From positions 1 through 24,604 of the IMG/VR virus record IMGVR_UViG_3300020707_000020: DNA of 24,604 bases; one strand, given 5' to 3'. Positions 1 through 9,018 of this stretch are shown here, in pieces. The notes under the pieces were generated by a model that worked only from the letters and a program-made list of their open reading frames with translations, was not told the origin of the DNA and did not search any database. This DNA comes from a virus (taxonomy: Duplodnaviria > Caudoviricetes). Position 1 is the stretch's first letter. Every line of letters starts with the position of its first letter. Made by a program: the position numbers and the translations under genes.

Positions 1-483
1 GTAGCCATCACATTGTGCTACTGCACTACCATTTTTGTATATAAGAACTAAAACTCTTGTTGCTCCAGTAGAAGCTGCAATACTAATATTTCCAGAAATT
101 TTGTAATACCCAGCCACAGTAGGTGTAAAACGATAATTGGTTGTTGAATCAAAATTGTTATTAGTATCAAAAACTTTAGTATTTAATGTGACTTTTGTAA
201 AGGTTGTTGTAGTTAAAGATTGATTGACATTTAAATATGCTTTAAACGCTGGCATATTACCGCTAATCATTACTGTGCCATTAGCAGTCGGAATTGTTGC
301 AGTTGAAAGTAAACCGCTATTGATTGTGACATTGTTTAATGTGACATTACCAAGCGTGGTAACAGTGTTTCCTAAACCAACGGTAGTATTCCCAATGGTT
401 ACTGGCGTATTAAAGTCAGCATCTAGGTTACTTAAAGGTATGCTCGTTGTAGCATTACCAAAGACAAACGGAACTCCAGCCAT
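1..483 (-). CDS. Tail fibre/virion protein with C-terminal C1q-like domain (partial, runs off the left edge)
   Basis: Not in the ORF track because it has no stop in the window. ATG at 483 directly follows the stop of 484..2505. It reads MAGVPFVFGNATTSIPLSNLDADFN...MPAFKAYLNVNQSLTTTTFTKVTLNTKVFDTNNNFDSTTNYRFTPTVAGYYKISGNI. AF-x-AY...FD...FD...RFTPTVAGYY is the C1q/TNF-like jelly-roll signature. Confidence 0.8.
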   Translation of the reverse strand, partial: MAGVPFVFGNATTSIPLSNLDADFNTPVTIGNTTVGLGNTVTTLGNVTLNNVTINSGLLSTATIPTANGTVMISGNMPAFKAYLNVNQSLTTTTFTKVTLNTKVFDTNNNFDSTTNYRFTPTVAGYYKISGNISIAASTGATRVLVLIYKNGSAVAQCDGY

Positions 484-2505
484 TTAGAACCTCACTCTCA
501 ATTCATGTTCAAATTCAAATGTATTGACCACAAAACCTGCTGAGTTTGAAGTTTGTGTCAACCCTAAATATTTACCCCATTGTTGCGCATCTGACTTGTA
601 CAGTTCATACCCTGTACCACCTACCCAAGATATTACAGTAGAACTGTTGTTAATCCAAGGGATGGTAGTGTTAGATGTGTTATACCAAGTAATGTAATTT
701 CCAAGCGTGTAAACAGGACTAGCGCCCGATTCAGAATCTACTGTGACATTTATTTCTACGCCCGAAGTGACCGTAGCCTCAATAGCAAATTTGAGGGCTT
801 GCTTGGTCCGAATTGGATCGCCCATTGGATTTAATGCAGTCTGAATACGACTGGTAATTGCCGATTGCGAATCCTGATACAAACGATATAAACGATCATT
901 TCGCACACCGTACATATTGATAATCCCACTTACAGGCACGGAAACGACATATAACATATCGTCACCTTGGCTAGTAATAAACCATTTTTTCTCAAAAAAC
1001 ACCGCTTGAATGTACCGATATGACTTGGTAAATTCAGCATCGTAGTACCTAAAATTAAACGCAGCGCACAAAATGTTGTTTAAAAGCACCTGTCCAGCAG
1101 TAGTTTCTTCGGTGGCAAAGTCAATATTCGGAAACATTCCGTCAAGCGAATCAGATATTTTGCTAGTGGTAGATCCTACAAGGGCATATACCCCGTAGTT
1201 ATTCATAAATAATACTGATCTAAAATAAGGAAAAATAGCATACGCTAACTTAGTCCCTACTGATGCGCTTACATTGGTATTAGTAAATAAAGTAGTACCG
1301 CTAGTAGTAACCCTGACATCCGAAAATACATTGATGGAATCATCACCAAAAATATACAAAAAGTTATTAGCAGAAAGAAGTTGCTGTATGTTGCCATGAA
1401 GTGTGCTGTCCGTTAATGTTACAGATCCCGCAGAAACGCTTGTAAAGTCACTATACGATCCCGCAGCGCTGTAGTAGATAGTTCGCCCTTGGGCAATCCA
1501 AACACGACCTGAAAAGCTCTCTATTGCGACATTTTTTTGAGTGTTAATAAGCGCAGTTAAAACAGCGCCCGATCCACCACCACCTGATACCGTTGCCGTA
1601 ATGTTGGCAGAATTAGTGTATCCCGTACCATTGTTGGTCATAATGACCTGAGTAACGGCATTGCCAGATACAATTGGTGTGCCTGTTGCTCCTGTGCCAC
1701 CTCCACCCAAAATAGTCACAATTGTATTGGCAGGATCGGTATAGCCAGAACCACCAGAAATTACATTGACATAAACTGTGCCAGTAGCAAAGCTAGTAAT
1801 CCCCGCTATTGCAGAAGCGCCTGATCCACCGCCACCACTAAAAGTAACGGATAAATTAGCTCCGTTGGTGTATCCTGAACCACCATTTACCAAAGAAACA
1901 TAATTAACCGTATTGCTACCGCTAGTTAAACTAGCTACCGCATTAGCTTGAACACCGCCAGTTTGGTCATATCCTGAAATAACTACAGTAGGAGCAGTAG
2001 TATATCCAGTGCCGTTATTGGTAACACCAATAACCCCTACTGATCCAACGCTAATAACCGCATTACCATCCCAAGTAAAATATCCCTTGTCTGGGTCAAG
2101 AATAAGCATCCTATCGTTGTACCACTGAGTGGTGTTAATAGGATAAAGTTCAGAAACACCAACAGTAGAAAAAGTCCCCGCTGGCGCTACATTTCCTGTG
2201 GTGTTATTAGAAATATTAAAATATTGGGCTGATCCATCTGCTAAAAATCCCACTACATAATCTGAAACGCCCAAATTACATGAAGTAAGATAAACAACCT
2301 CATTAGAAAATGAAACAGCTACATTAAAATTATCTTCAACCGCAACGCTATTAGGAGTAATTTTAATGTTGCCAGATCCAATTGGTTGAGCATTTTCAAT
2401 CCAAGAAAATTCATTTTCATCAATTGCAGTGCGGTTTGCTTTAGTGTTAAGACCTTTAAAAGCCTTAACAACCTGATATGACTTTTTCTGTTCGGCTGCT
2501 GCCAT
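484..2505 (-). CDS. Tail hub/tubular protein B-like virion protein (P22 gp10/T7 gp12 position) with inserted Gly-rich repeats
   Basis: 673 aa and beta-rich. It lies after the adaptor gene and before the fibre. The propeller-like segment FSGRVWIAQGRTIYYSAAG resembles tail hub proteins. It has four internal GxGYT repeats. Confidence 0.65.
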   Translation of the reverse strand: MAAAEQKKSYQVVKAFKGLNTKANRTAIDENEFSWIENAQPIGSGNIKITPNSVAVEDNFNVAVSFSNEVVYLTSCNLGVSDYVVGFLADGSAQYFNISNNTTGNVAPAGTFSTVGVSELYPINTTQWYNDRMLILDPDKGYFTWDGNAVISVGSVGVIGVTNNGTGYTTAPTVVISGYDQTGGVQANAVASLTSGSNTVNYVSLVNGGSGYTNGANLSVTFSGGGGSGASAIAGITSFATGTVYVNVISGGSGYTDPANTIVTILGGGGTGATGTPIVSGNAVTQVIMTNNGTGYTNSANITATVSGGGGSGAVLTALINTQKNVAIESFSGRVWIAQGRTIYYSAAGSYSDFTSVSAGSVTLTDSTLHGNIQQLLSANNFLYIFGDDSINVFSDVRVTTSGTTLFTNTNVSASVGTKLAYAIFPYFRSVLFMNNYGVYALVGSTTSKISDSLDGMFPNIDFATEETTAGQVLLNNILCAAFNFRYYDAEFTKSYRYIQAVFFEKKWFITSQGDDMLYVVSVPVSGIINMYGVRNDRLYRLYQDSQSAITSRIQTALNPMGDPIRTKQALKFAIEATVTSGVEINVTVDSESGASPVYTLGNYITWYNTSNTTIPWINNSSTVISWVGGTGYELYKSDAQQWGKYLGLTQTSNSAGFVVNTFEFEHELRVRF
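1543..2040 (-). repeat. Four ~40-aa intragenic repeats (V..V.V.NxGxGYT....V..xGGGGxGA.A)
   Basis: The units are NNGTGYTTAPTV, NGGSGYTNGANL, SGGSGYTDPANT and NNGTGYTNSANI, each followed by a Gly-rich turn. Confidence 0.85.
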
Positions 2506-2507
2506 GA

Positions 2508-3425
2508 TTAGTAAGGACTACTGTAAACGCTAGGAATCCTACGAGTAAAGGTGCTGTTAATGACACTTGCGCCTTGCTTGCTGTATTCCTGCTTGTAAAT
2601 CTCAGCTTCACCGTAACTTTGTTCATAGTATTTAGCTAAATAAGCAGCGTAGAACTTAACCATAGTGCTATACGGATCGTTAATGACATCCGTTACTGCT
2701 GGCGTGTTTAATGACAATGGATTAGGCAAGACTACGCAATCAATCTCAATTTGATAAATTTGATCTGGTACTGGTCCTAAATAGATCTGTCCTTGACCAT
2801 AGATACTAAAAGCCAATGGTCTGCCAATATAGTTTTGCCAAAATCTTAATCGTGCATTGAAGTCACTCCAAGCTAAGTAATCCATCGGTACACGAGTATT
2901 ACCCCAGTACAGATTGATGTTGATAATGTCTAAGACTGTGTTTCCAGAGCTTGGTGACAATGGGGATGACCCCATTAACTGTGTCAAAGCTGCATAGCTA
3001 ATGTTCTCGCAATTACCCACATAAGTCAATTGGGCTGACCCGTCTGCAAAGGGAGCTGTTGGAGGGTAATTGCTGTAATTGTTTGTGCCACTAGCAGGGT
3101 AAGCGGGAGCAGTAGATCCTGAAGTTCCCGCAGTAGTGTATTGATAAATAAAAATATTTGAAAATACAAAACTGTTTAAAGTAACGGCTGTATTAGCTAC
3201 CCATGCGGTAGGATTTGATGGCGTTACACCACCAATGGTTGCTGTGGGTGCGACTTGACATGGAGTTTGCGTAATAACAATTTCACGCAAGCATCCAGTA
3301 TCTCTGACAGCTCTTTCTCTGGCAGAGTTAATGTAATCGGTTAACTGCGAATCGCTATAGAAATTCCCGTTAGCATCATGCAGTAACCTACGGACTTCCG
3401 TAATGTACGAATTAAGCGTTGCCAT
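2508..3425 (-). CDS. Head-tail adaptor / tail tubular protein A-like
   Basis: The N-terminus MATLNSYITEVRRLLHD...YSDSQLTDYINSA, the internal GRPLAFSIY...IYLGPVPDQIYQIEI and the helical C-terminus are typical of podovirus adaptors. The position downstream of the capsid gene fits. Confidence 0.65.
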   Translation of the reverse strand: MATLNSYITEVRRLLHDANGNFYSDSQLTDYINSARERAVRDTGCLREIVITQTPCQVAPTATIGGVTPSNPTAWVANTAVTLNSFVFSNIFIYQYTTAGTSGSTAPAYPASGTNNYSNYPPTAPFADGSAQLTYVGNCENISYAALTQLMGSSPLSPSSGNTVLDIININLYWGNTRVPMDYLAWSDFNARLRFWQNYIGRPLAFSIYGQGQIYLGPVPDQIYQIEIDCVVLPNPLSLNTPAVTDVINDPYSTMVKFYAAYLAKYYEQSYGEAEIYKQEYSKQGASVINSTFTRRIPSVYSSPY

Positions 3426-3439
3426 TTATTGACCATAAC

Positions 3440-3778
3440 TCATGCTACCGCTTGAAGGACTTTTCCCCCGCCCTTCCTAGAGGTTGGGAGGGGTACTCTT
3501 TCCACCAACGGGGATAACGATTGGTTCTTGCTTGGGGGTTGGGTAGAAATCTCCCACTGGGATAAAAGCTCCATGCCTTTTTCCAAGTCATTTTGAGAGA
3601 TGATCCACCCTAACCTTGCCAAATAAGGCTCTTTGTTGTCATCTCCATAACCAAAAATGTGACGAGCTACTTCTTGTGGAATCTCTACAGTTTCATCTTT
3701 AGGAAAACTATAGAACACTCCCGCAAAGCCATCTTTTAGCTTTTTGTCAGAACGATTGGTTACGAAGATATTTGACAT
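3440..3778 (-). CDS. Hypothetical protein in the head module
   Basis: 112-aa ORF abutting the upstream stop, co-oriented in the late operon. Confidence 0.7.
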   Translation of the reverse strand: MSNIFVTNRSDKKLKDGFAGVFYSFPKDETVEIPQEVARHIFGYGDDNKEPYLARLGWIISQNDLEKGMELLSQWEISTQPPSKNQSLSPLVERVPLPTSRKGGGKVLQAVA

Positions 3779-4252
3779 TTAGAAACTCACGACATCGCCA
3801 AATACAGCAATGGTTGCAGTGTTAGCGACATTACCGCTACCAGTGTTCACATTGACATATAGAGCTTGGGTTGTAAAACCAGTAATAGCAGAACTGCTGT
3901 TATACGGACTAGCAATTGTAAGGTCTTGGTAAATACCAGCGCCTGTCAAATTGGTTAGCGTTGTATTTGCTACTACAGCGTTAGAAATGTTGCCGTCAGA
4001 GCTAGTAGTTACAGAAATAACCACATTTGAGATATTCCCAATTGGATTATTTACAGTAATTCTACGAACAATAACGCCACCAGATCCAACGGTTGCATTA
4101 GCATTAGTTAAGCCACCACCTAACAACGGCAGGGTAATACCAGTAACGGTAGCGTTCCCTGTCGTGTTAAATGCTGTAGCTTGCTTAACAGCAATACGAC
4201 CATTCCCGAATGAATCAAGGTAAAACTGTGATACTGAATCAGGATTAGCCAT
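3779..4252 (-). CDS. Putative capsid decoration/minor virion protein
   Basis: 157 aa, rich in T/N/S/V/G, beta-like. It has an AAGGGG SD and lies two genes after the major capsid gene. Confidence 0.6.
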   Translation of the reverse strand: MANPDSVSQFYLDSFGNGRIAVKQATAFNTTGNATVTGITLPLLGGGLTNANATVGSGGVIVRRITVNNPIGNISNVVISVTTSSDGNISNAVVANTTLTNLTGAGIYQDLTIASPYNSSSAITGFTTQALYVNVNTGSGNVANTATIAVFGDVVSF

Positions 4253-4262
4253 TTATCGCCCC

Positions 4263-4604
4263 TTAACTGTTAAAAGTGCCAGATACAGGAGAACCACCAT
4301 TTACAGTCACTAATTGCACTGTAGCGTTAGTAGTTGCCAATAACTGCACGTTCACACCGTCAGAAATTACCATGCCACCTGAGTTAATCGGATACACATT
4401 TGACCATGTAGCCACATTAGAAGTAGAGTTGTAACTGGTAACAGTCTGAATAACCACATTGGTTGCGCCAACTACTAGATAAGTTCCAGCAGGTACGACA
4501 TTTCCAAGGGTGGTTGCAGCGATGTTTGAAGCGTTTTGAAAATACGAACTTGGCGTATTTGCATAAGTACCTGCAATGAGGATTTTATTTAAACCGAGTG
4601 CCAT
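4263..4604 (-). CDS. Putative capsid decoration/minor virion protein
   Basis: 113 aa, rich in T/N/S/V. It has a strong AAGGAG SD immediately after the major capsid gene. Confidence 0.6.
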   Translation of the reverse strand: MALGLNKILIAGTYANTPSSYFQNASNIAATTLGNVVPAGTYLVVGATNVVIQTVTSYNSTSNVATWSNVYPINSGGMVISDGVNVQLLATTNATVQLVTVNGGSPVSGTFNS

Positions 4605-4616
4605 GACTAATTCTCC

Positions 4617-5627
4617 TTAGATTGAAATAGAGTTATAGCCAGATACTCTGGTCATTGACTTAGGCTTGGTGCTTACTAATTCAGCAATCATCAAGACAGC
4701 GCCAACATAACCAATCTGCCAGTTAGGTAGAGTGGACTCAAATCCAGTAAATACAAACGAACCTTGATCGTGAATGTACAAGCTCAAGTAGTTTGAGTTA
4801 ATGAAATATACAGTACCTTCTGGGCAGTATGGGTCTGGATAGATTGGAACACCAGCTACCATCAAAGCACGGAAAGCTGCTTGAGGACCGTTGCTATCAC
4901 CATCAAAACCATGTCCTGGCGTAATTACATATTGCTCTTGACCAACATAATCTTGGGCTAAGAGTGTCCATGTACCAAATCCGCAAACACCAAAAGTAGG
5001 AACTTCTGCACCGTTTTTAACAGTACCAGAAATATACTGAAGAATATTCTGACGGGTTGGATTTACTGAACCTGCGTTGTAAACCTTAGACTTCCACCAT
5101 GTGTAGGTAGTACGGTTGATGTTACCGTAGGTAGTCATGTTTGTACCATCATCAATAGCGCCTGGCAAGCCAATGAACTGTTGAGTGTTGGTGTAGTTGT
5201 TGTACAAGGCAGTAGCCATTGCATCCATCATTACATTGGTCGCATCGTTCATGCGTGCTTCGATCAATGGAATAATGGCGTAATCTTGCTGTACTGCACC
5301 TTCCATACCGAGAAACGGTACTGGAGCAATCATTAGCTTCAGATTAAATTCAGCATTGAAAGCACCCTGTTGTACTGAAGGCTGGTTAAAAGAACCAGAA
5401 TAATCAGACCACTGAGCGTTAACAAACTGCGCACCTTGTACTGGTACGGTTACTTGGGATACACCGCCTGAAGCCTGTTGACTATTTGCAATCAACGCAG
5501 CCATCAATGGTGTGCTGTTATAAAGCTGTACTACCAGCTTGGGGATAAACGCTCTACGAGTTACATAAGTAAGCTCATTGTATTGGCTTGATCCTGATGC
5601 TGGGACTATTCCGCCACCTATTGGCAT
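4617..5627 (-). CDS. Major capsid protein (HK97-fold expected)
   Basis: 336 aa with a GGAG SD, located after portal and scaffold. It contains the spine-helix-like LIEARMNDATNVMMDAMATALY and the capsid-like motif GVPIYPDPYCPEGTVYFIN. Confidence 0.85.
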   Translation of the reverse strand: MPIGGGIVPASGSSQYNELTYVTRRAFIPKLVVQLYNSTPLMAALIANSQQASGGVSQVTVPVQGAQFVNAQWSDYSGSFNQPSVQQGAFNAEFNLKLMIAPVPFLGMEGAVQQDYAIIPLIEARMNDATNVMMDAMATALYNNYTNTQQFIGLPGAIDDGTNMTTYGNINRTTYTWWKSKVYNAGSVNPTRQNILQYISGTVKNGAEVPTFGVCGFGTWTLLAQDYVGQEQYVITPGHGFDGDSNGPQAAFRALMVAGVPIYPDPYCPEGTVYFINSNYLSLYIHDQGSFVFTGFESTLPNWQIGYVGAVLMIAELVSTKPKSMTRVSGYNSISI

Positions 5628-5669
5628 AATAATTCTCCGTTAAAAGTAAATATCCCCATTTACTGCTGT

Positions 5670-6194
5670 TTAAATACCTATTGGTCTTGTGTTTTTACGC
5701 AAGTCCTTTAGTGCTTGTGCTGCTTCTTCCCTTGCGCCCATTTGTGGATTTTTCCAATACTTAGAAAGGTCAAACTTGTTTAAGGCGCTTGGCGTATAAC
5801 CCATTGCTGAGTTAGGTGTTGGTTCTGCTGCTTGGCGCATCCAATCAAAATACTCTGCTGCTGTTTCGTGATTGGTCATGCCTTTATCAAGCATGAGTTT
5901 TTCGATTTCTTCAATTTCTTTGGTAGGGCGATTTAATCTTGCTCTACGCTTATTGAGTTCTTCTACGGCATCACGCTCACGCATTTTTGCTTCCAAATTC
6001 ATTACCCGTGTTTCGGCTGCGGATACTTTAGTATTTGTAAAGTCCTCAATGTCGAGTTCAGGAATGGACATTTCAGGCTTAACCTGTTTTGTCATGCGTA
6101 AAAATTGTTTTCTTGTAGCAGGATTATCAGCTAATTGGCGAGCCAACATAGCTAATTCATCACGCTGTTCTAGTGAAAGATCTTCTAAACTCAT
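5670..6194 (-). CDS. Putative capsid scaffolding protein
   Basis: 174 aa, charged helical/coiled-coil, directly upstream of the capsid gene, with an AAGGGGA SD. Confidence 0.6.
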   Translation of the reverse strand: MSLEDLSLEQRDELAMLARQLADNPATRKQFLRMTKQVKPEMSIPELDIEDFTNTKVSAAETRVMNLEAKMRERDAVEELNKRRARLNRPTKEIEEIEKLMLDKGMTNHETAAEYFDWMRQAAEPTPNSAMGYTPSALNKFDLSKYWKNPQMGAREEAAQALKDLRKNTRPIGI

Positions 6195-6212
6195 CTTCTA
6201 TCCCCTTATTCG

Positions 6213-6398
6213 TTAGATGACTTTTTTGGTATCGCCTGGCTTAGACATAGACATCATGTTTTTGTAGCCAGCTTTTGGTGCAGATGATAAGCCACCAAAC
6301 TCTGAATAGCGTGGAGTATTGATAACTTGACCATTTTTCTGATTATTGTCAGTAGGTCTGCGTGGCATTGATGAACCACGAGGTTTAAAGAGTTCCAT
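6213..6398 (-). CDS. Small basic hypothetical protein
   Basis: 61 aa with an AAGGA SD, tightly packed in the operon. Confidence 0.7.
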   Translation of the reverse strand: MELFKPRGSSMPRRPTDNNQKNGQVINTPRYSEFGGLSSAPKAGYKNMMSMSKPGDTKKVI

Positions 6399-6407
6399 AG
6401 TAATTCC

Positions 6408-6908
6408 TTACATTTGTGGAGTTGCGGAAGGCATACCGCCTGGCATACCACCTGGCATTGCTGGAGGTGGTGTTGGGGCAGACATACCTGGGATTTGCGG
6501 AGCTTGTTGCATTGCTTTTCCTTCAGCCGTTGCTCCACCAGCTTGAGGTAATGTTTGTAGCATCTGCATAATTTCAGCAGGTTGCAATTCATTTGTTTTT
6601 GATTTTTTAGGACCAATTACACCTGTCATTGTGCGAATAGCGCCTAAAATCTTTTGACCTTCTTCTGTTTCGCTACCAAGAGCTGGTAAGGCTTGTTCTA
6701 ACAAATCCATTGCCATTGCTAAGTTAATCATAGCTGCTTCACGATTACCCATCTTTGGTTCTGGGGTACTCATTGGTGAAGCCATTGGAGGCGCAGAAGT
6801 ATCAGACATCCCCGTTACGCCTTCTGGGGCGGGTGGAATACCAGCAGGTGTTGCGCCATCCCGTTGGGATTTAATCATCTGCATTAACTGATCTGAGGGT
6901 ACGCCCAT
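6408..6908 (-). CDS. Pro/Met/Gly-rich hypothetical head-assembly protein
   Basis: 166 aa with low-complexity termini around a helical core; AGGA SD. Confidence 0.7.
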   Translation of the reverse strand: MGVPSDQLMQMIKSQRDGATPAGIPPAPEGVTGMSDTSAPPMASPMSTPEPKMGNREAAMINLAMAMDLLEQALPALGSETEEGQKILGAIRTMTGVIGPKKSKTNELQPAEIMQMLQTLPQAGGATAEGKAMQQAPQIPGMSAPTPPPAMPGGMPGGMPSATPQM

Positions 6909-6934
6909 AGCATTTTCCTATTAAGTTTCTCTGT

Positions 6935-6962
6935 ATCGTAATCTTAATCTATTGAATGTCAA
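6935..6962 (-). promoter_or_regulatory. Sigma70-like promoter for scaffold/capsid genes
   Basis: The minus strand reads TTGACA-N16-TACGAT, ending 27 nt upstream of the ATG at 6908. Confidence 0.6.
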
Positions 6963-7049
6963 GTGGGGGGAATTATTTAGTTTCCCTCCCCCTCTAGGAC
7001 TTATTCGGTCAACCCGAAGTAACTTCAGAGGGTTTTAGCCCTCATCCGA

Positions 7050-7091
7050 TTACTTGCGTGCTTTACGACCTTTGCGAGATTTGCGTGCCAT
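7050..7091 (-). CDS. 13-aa basic micro-peptide MARKSRKGRKARK
   Basis: CAGGAGAAATTCAC-ATG (SD with normal spacing), a TAA stop, and strict (xRK)4 periodicity. Confidence 0.7.
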   Translation of the reverse strand: MARKSRKGRKARK

Positions 7092-7171
7092 GTGAATTTC
7101 TCCTGATAGCATACGGTCACCTATTTATAGGGTAAGGCAGCCACAACCCTTTCCTCGTGAAGGAAGAAACC

Positions 7172-7213
7172 TTATCTGCGTGACTTGCGTGCTTTTTTAT
7201 GTGACTTGCGCAT
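7172..7213 (-). CDS. 13-aa basic micro-peptide MRKSHKKARKSRR
   Basis: TTGGAGATTAAA-ATG SD and a TAA stop. It has the same length as, and similar sequence to, 7050..7091. Confidence 0.7.
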   Translation of the reverse strand: MRKSHKKARKSRR

Positions 7214-7231
7214 TTTAATCTCCAAGTTAAG

Positions 7232-7396
7232 CTATCCCCTAACTGAACGACCTAGATCCCTTGTTTTAGCAGATCTATCCAAACTCTTTACACCTTGTAC
7301 ACGATACTGCAAACTTGGGCTTTTTTCACCTCTTTTAAGAGATTCAGTAGTCACCCTTGGTTGATCTGCTTTCGGTTGTACATTGCCTGTTGCCAT
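7232..7396 (-). CDS. 54-aa basic hypothetical protein (MATGNVQPKADQPRVTTESLKRGEK...GRSVRG)
   Basis: The start overlaps the portal stop (TAATG), with GAGGTGG upstream. It is below the ORF-track length cutoff. Confidence 0.7.
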   Translation of the reverse strand: MATGNVQPKADQPRVTTESLKRGEKSPSLQYRVQGVKSLDRSAKTRDLGRSVRG

Positions 7397-9018
7397 TAGC
7401 CCACCTCTGGTTCTTTTTTACCTTTAGGACTAGGAGGTGGTTGCTTCTGTTCCCCACCGCCTTCTTTTTCCTTCCGCTTCAACTTATCTTTCAACAATTG
7501 TTTCATCGGTGGCTCTAATAAGTCAAGTAAAGATTCTTTATCAATTGCACCCGCTTTAAACAAATTAAACGCAAGTGTTTTAAGATCTTCAGTAAATATT
7601 GGGCTGTTAGAGTGAGCATCTACTTTTACTACAAAATCCTTAGTAAATTGCTCGGCAATAAATGGTACTTCTTCTGTATCCCTAAAATGCGTGTTGTCAT
7701 ACACTTGCATGAGCTTAAGATACAGTGTTGCAACCTTTTCCAAGCTATCTTCAACAATCAAAGCCCGTTTTTTAGCTCTTGAAGAACCTAATCTGGCTAA
7801 TTGACTTGCATGACCCTGACTTCTTACGCCTGATTCGCCTTTACCAGAAAGAACATTAGATATTCCTGATACTTCAGCAAACATATTGTCAATTTCATGG
7901 ATCACCTCAAATAAATCAGGTGGCATATTTGGCGCAAGGCGATCTGCCTTTGCATTAGGCATATCTGAAGATAAAAGACCACCAGCACGGTTTAATGCAA
8001 AGTTCTTTTCATCCAAAATGCCTGTAAAGCCCGTCAACGCTGTTGGTGGGTTCACTTGTTTAGATAACAAGTCCAAAATCTCTGTCATGCGAGTATTGCG
8101 TAGCTCTTGAAGCAACAATAACTGTTGTACTTCAGATGCACCCCAGAAATAGTCATATAAAGGGTTAGGGCAGATCTGTACAAATGGACATTCCCCTTTA
8201 AGGAACACGGATGCGCCAGGTCTGTCATACACAATAATGTTTGGAGCTGCCATTGTGACTACTTGATAATCCTCAGTGTCATCGTTCCATACCCACAGCT
8301 CAGTCATCTCAACGGTATCTTCAGCTACTCTAGCCTTGTAACGGTTCATGCCGTACAAGTCCATATTCACATTACCGTAGATGGTAGGGTTGGTTTGGCT
8401 CATCACAATACGGTTTACAGCTTCTGGAATGTCCGATTCCGATACTTTTGTACCTGTAGAAATCCTTGAAACAATGCTTTCACGCTTTGGATGGGAATAC
8501 AGACGGGCGTAGAGTTCGCTTTTCGTAATGTAGTATGTTTGAACAATCGCCTCTTGCCTGTCTGTATAGGGTGTGTCCTCCCGCAATACACCAATAGCGG
8601 ATGGCTCAATCATGTACGGATGTATTCCGTTCTTGTAAACGAGCTTAACAAAGGTGGTGTTGTACACCAACGCCCATGTTAAAGCTGTTGAAAACACCTG
8701 ATCCGCATTAGAGTTAAGCCATTCGTCATTCAAGGCTTGGGTTAATGCAGGTGATTTACGATGTTCGTTAGTGTGAACAGATGCGCCTAGAGCAATAGAG
8801 AACCGTGTGGTTTCAGCAGAATACAGAAAGCTAGTGAGCTGATCTAGGTGTGGGTGAATCTTATTAAAGTAAGCGGGTGCTTCTTCAGGACCAGCTCCAA
8901 ATAAATAATACGCTCGGAGTGTCGTGTAGTCACCCCTTCTTTCTTCCTTGGACACCATACACTTGTTGATGATGTCTAAGTAAAAATCCTCACGACTTTC
9001 TCCGCTAGGTATTTTCAT
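7396..9018 (-). CDS. Portal protein
   Basis: 540 aa, located between terminase and capsid. It has podovirus portal-like segments (CPFVQICPNPLYDYFWGASEV; EVSGISNVLSGKGESGVRS; helical C-terminus). Confidence 0.85.
   Translation of the reverse strand: MKIPSGESREDFYLDIINKCMVSKEERRGDYTTLRAYYLFGAGPEEAPAYFNKIHPHLDQLTSFLYSAETTRFSIALGASVHTNEHRKSPALTQALNDEWLNSNADQVFSTALTWALVYNTTFVKLVYKNGIHPYMIEPSAIGVLREDTPYTDRQEAIVQTYYITKSELYARLYSHPKRESIVSRISTGTKVSESDIPEAVNRIVMSQTNPTIYGNVNMDLYGMNRYKARVAEDTVEMTELWVWNDDTEDYQVVTMAAPNIIVYDRPGASVFLKGECPFVQICPNPLYDYFWGASEVQQLLLLQELRNTRMTEILDLLSKQVNPPTALTGFTGILDEKNFALNRAGGLLSSDMPNAKADRLAPNMPPDLFEVIHEIDNMFAEVSGISNVLSGKGESGVRSQGHASQLARLGSSRAKKRALIVEDSLEKVATLYLKLMQVYDNTHFRDTEEVPFIAEQFTKDFVVKVDAHSNSPIFTEDLKTLAFNLFKAGAIDKESLLDLLEPPMKQLLKDKLKRKEKEGGGEQKQPPPSPKGKKEPEVG

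Noticed and set aside
5645-5664. AGTAAAT/ATTTACT hairpin between scaffold and capsid as a terminator
   Set aside because: The stem is weak and AT-rich with a short U-run, and termination just before the capsid gene is unlikely. It may be a minor processing element, but this is unsupported.
6995-7049. Possible hammerhead ribozyme (GATGAG, CTGAAG, CGAA, GTC nearby)
   Set aside because: The required CUGAnGA and GAAA core elements are not present in the right order and context.
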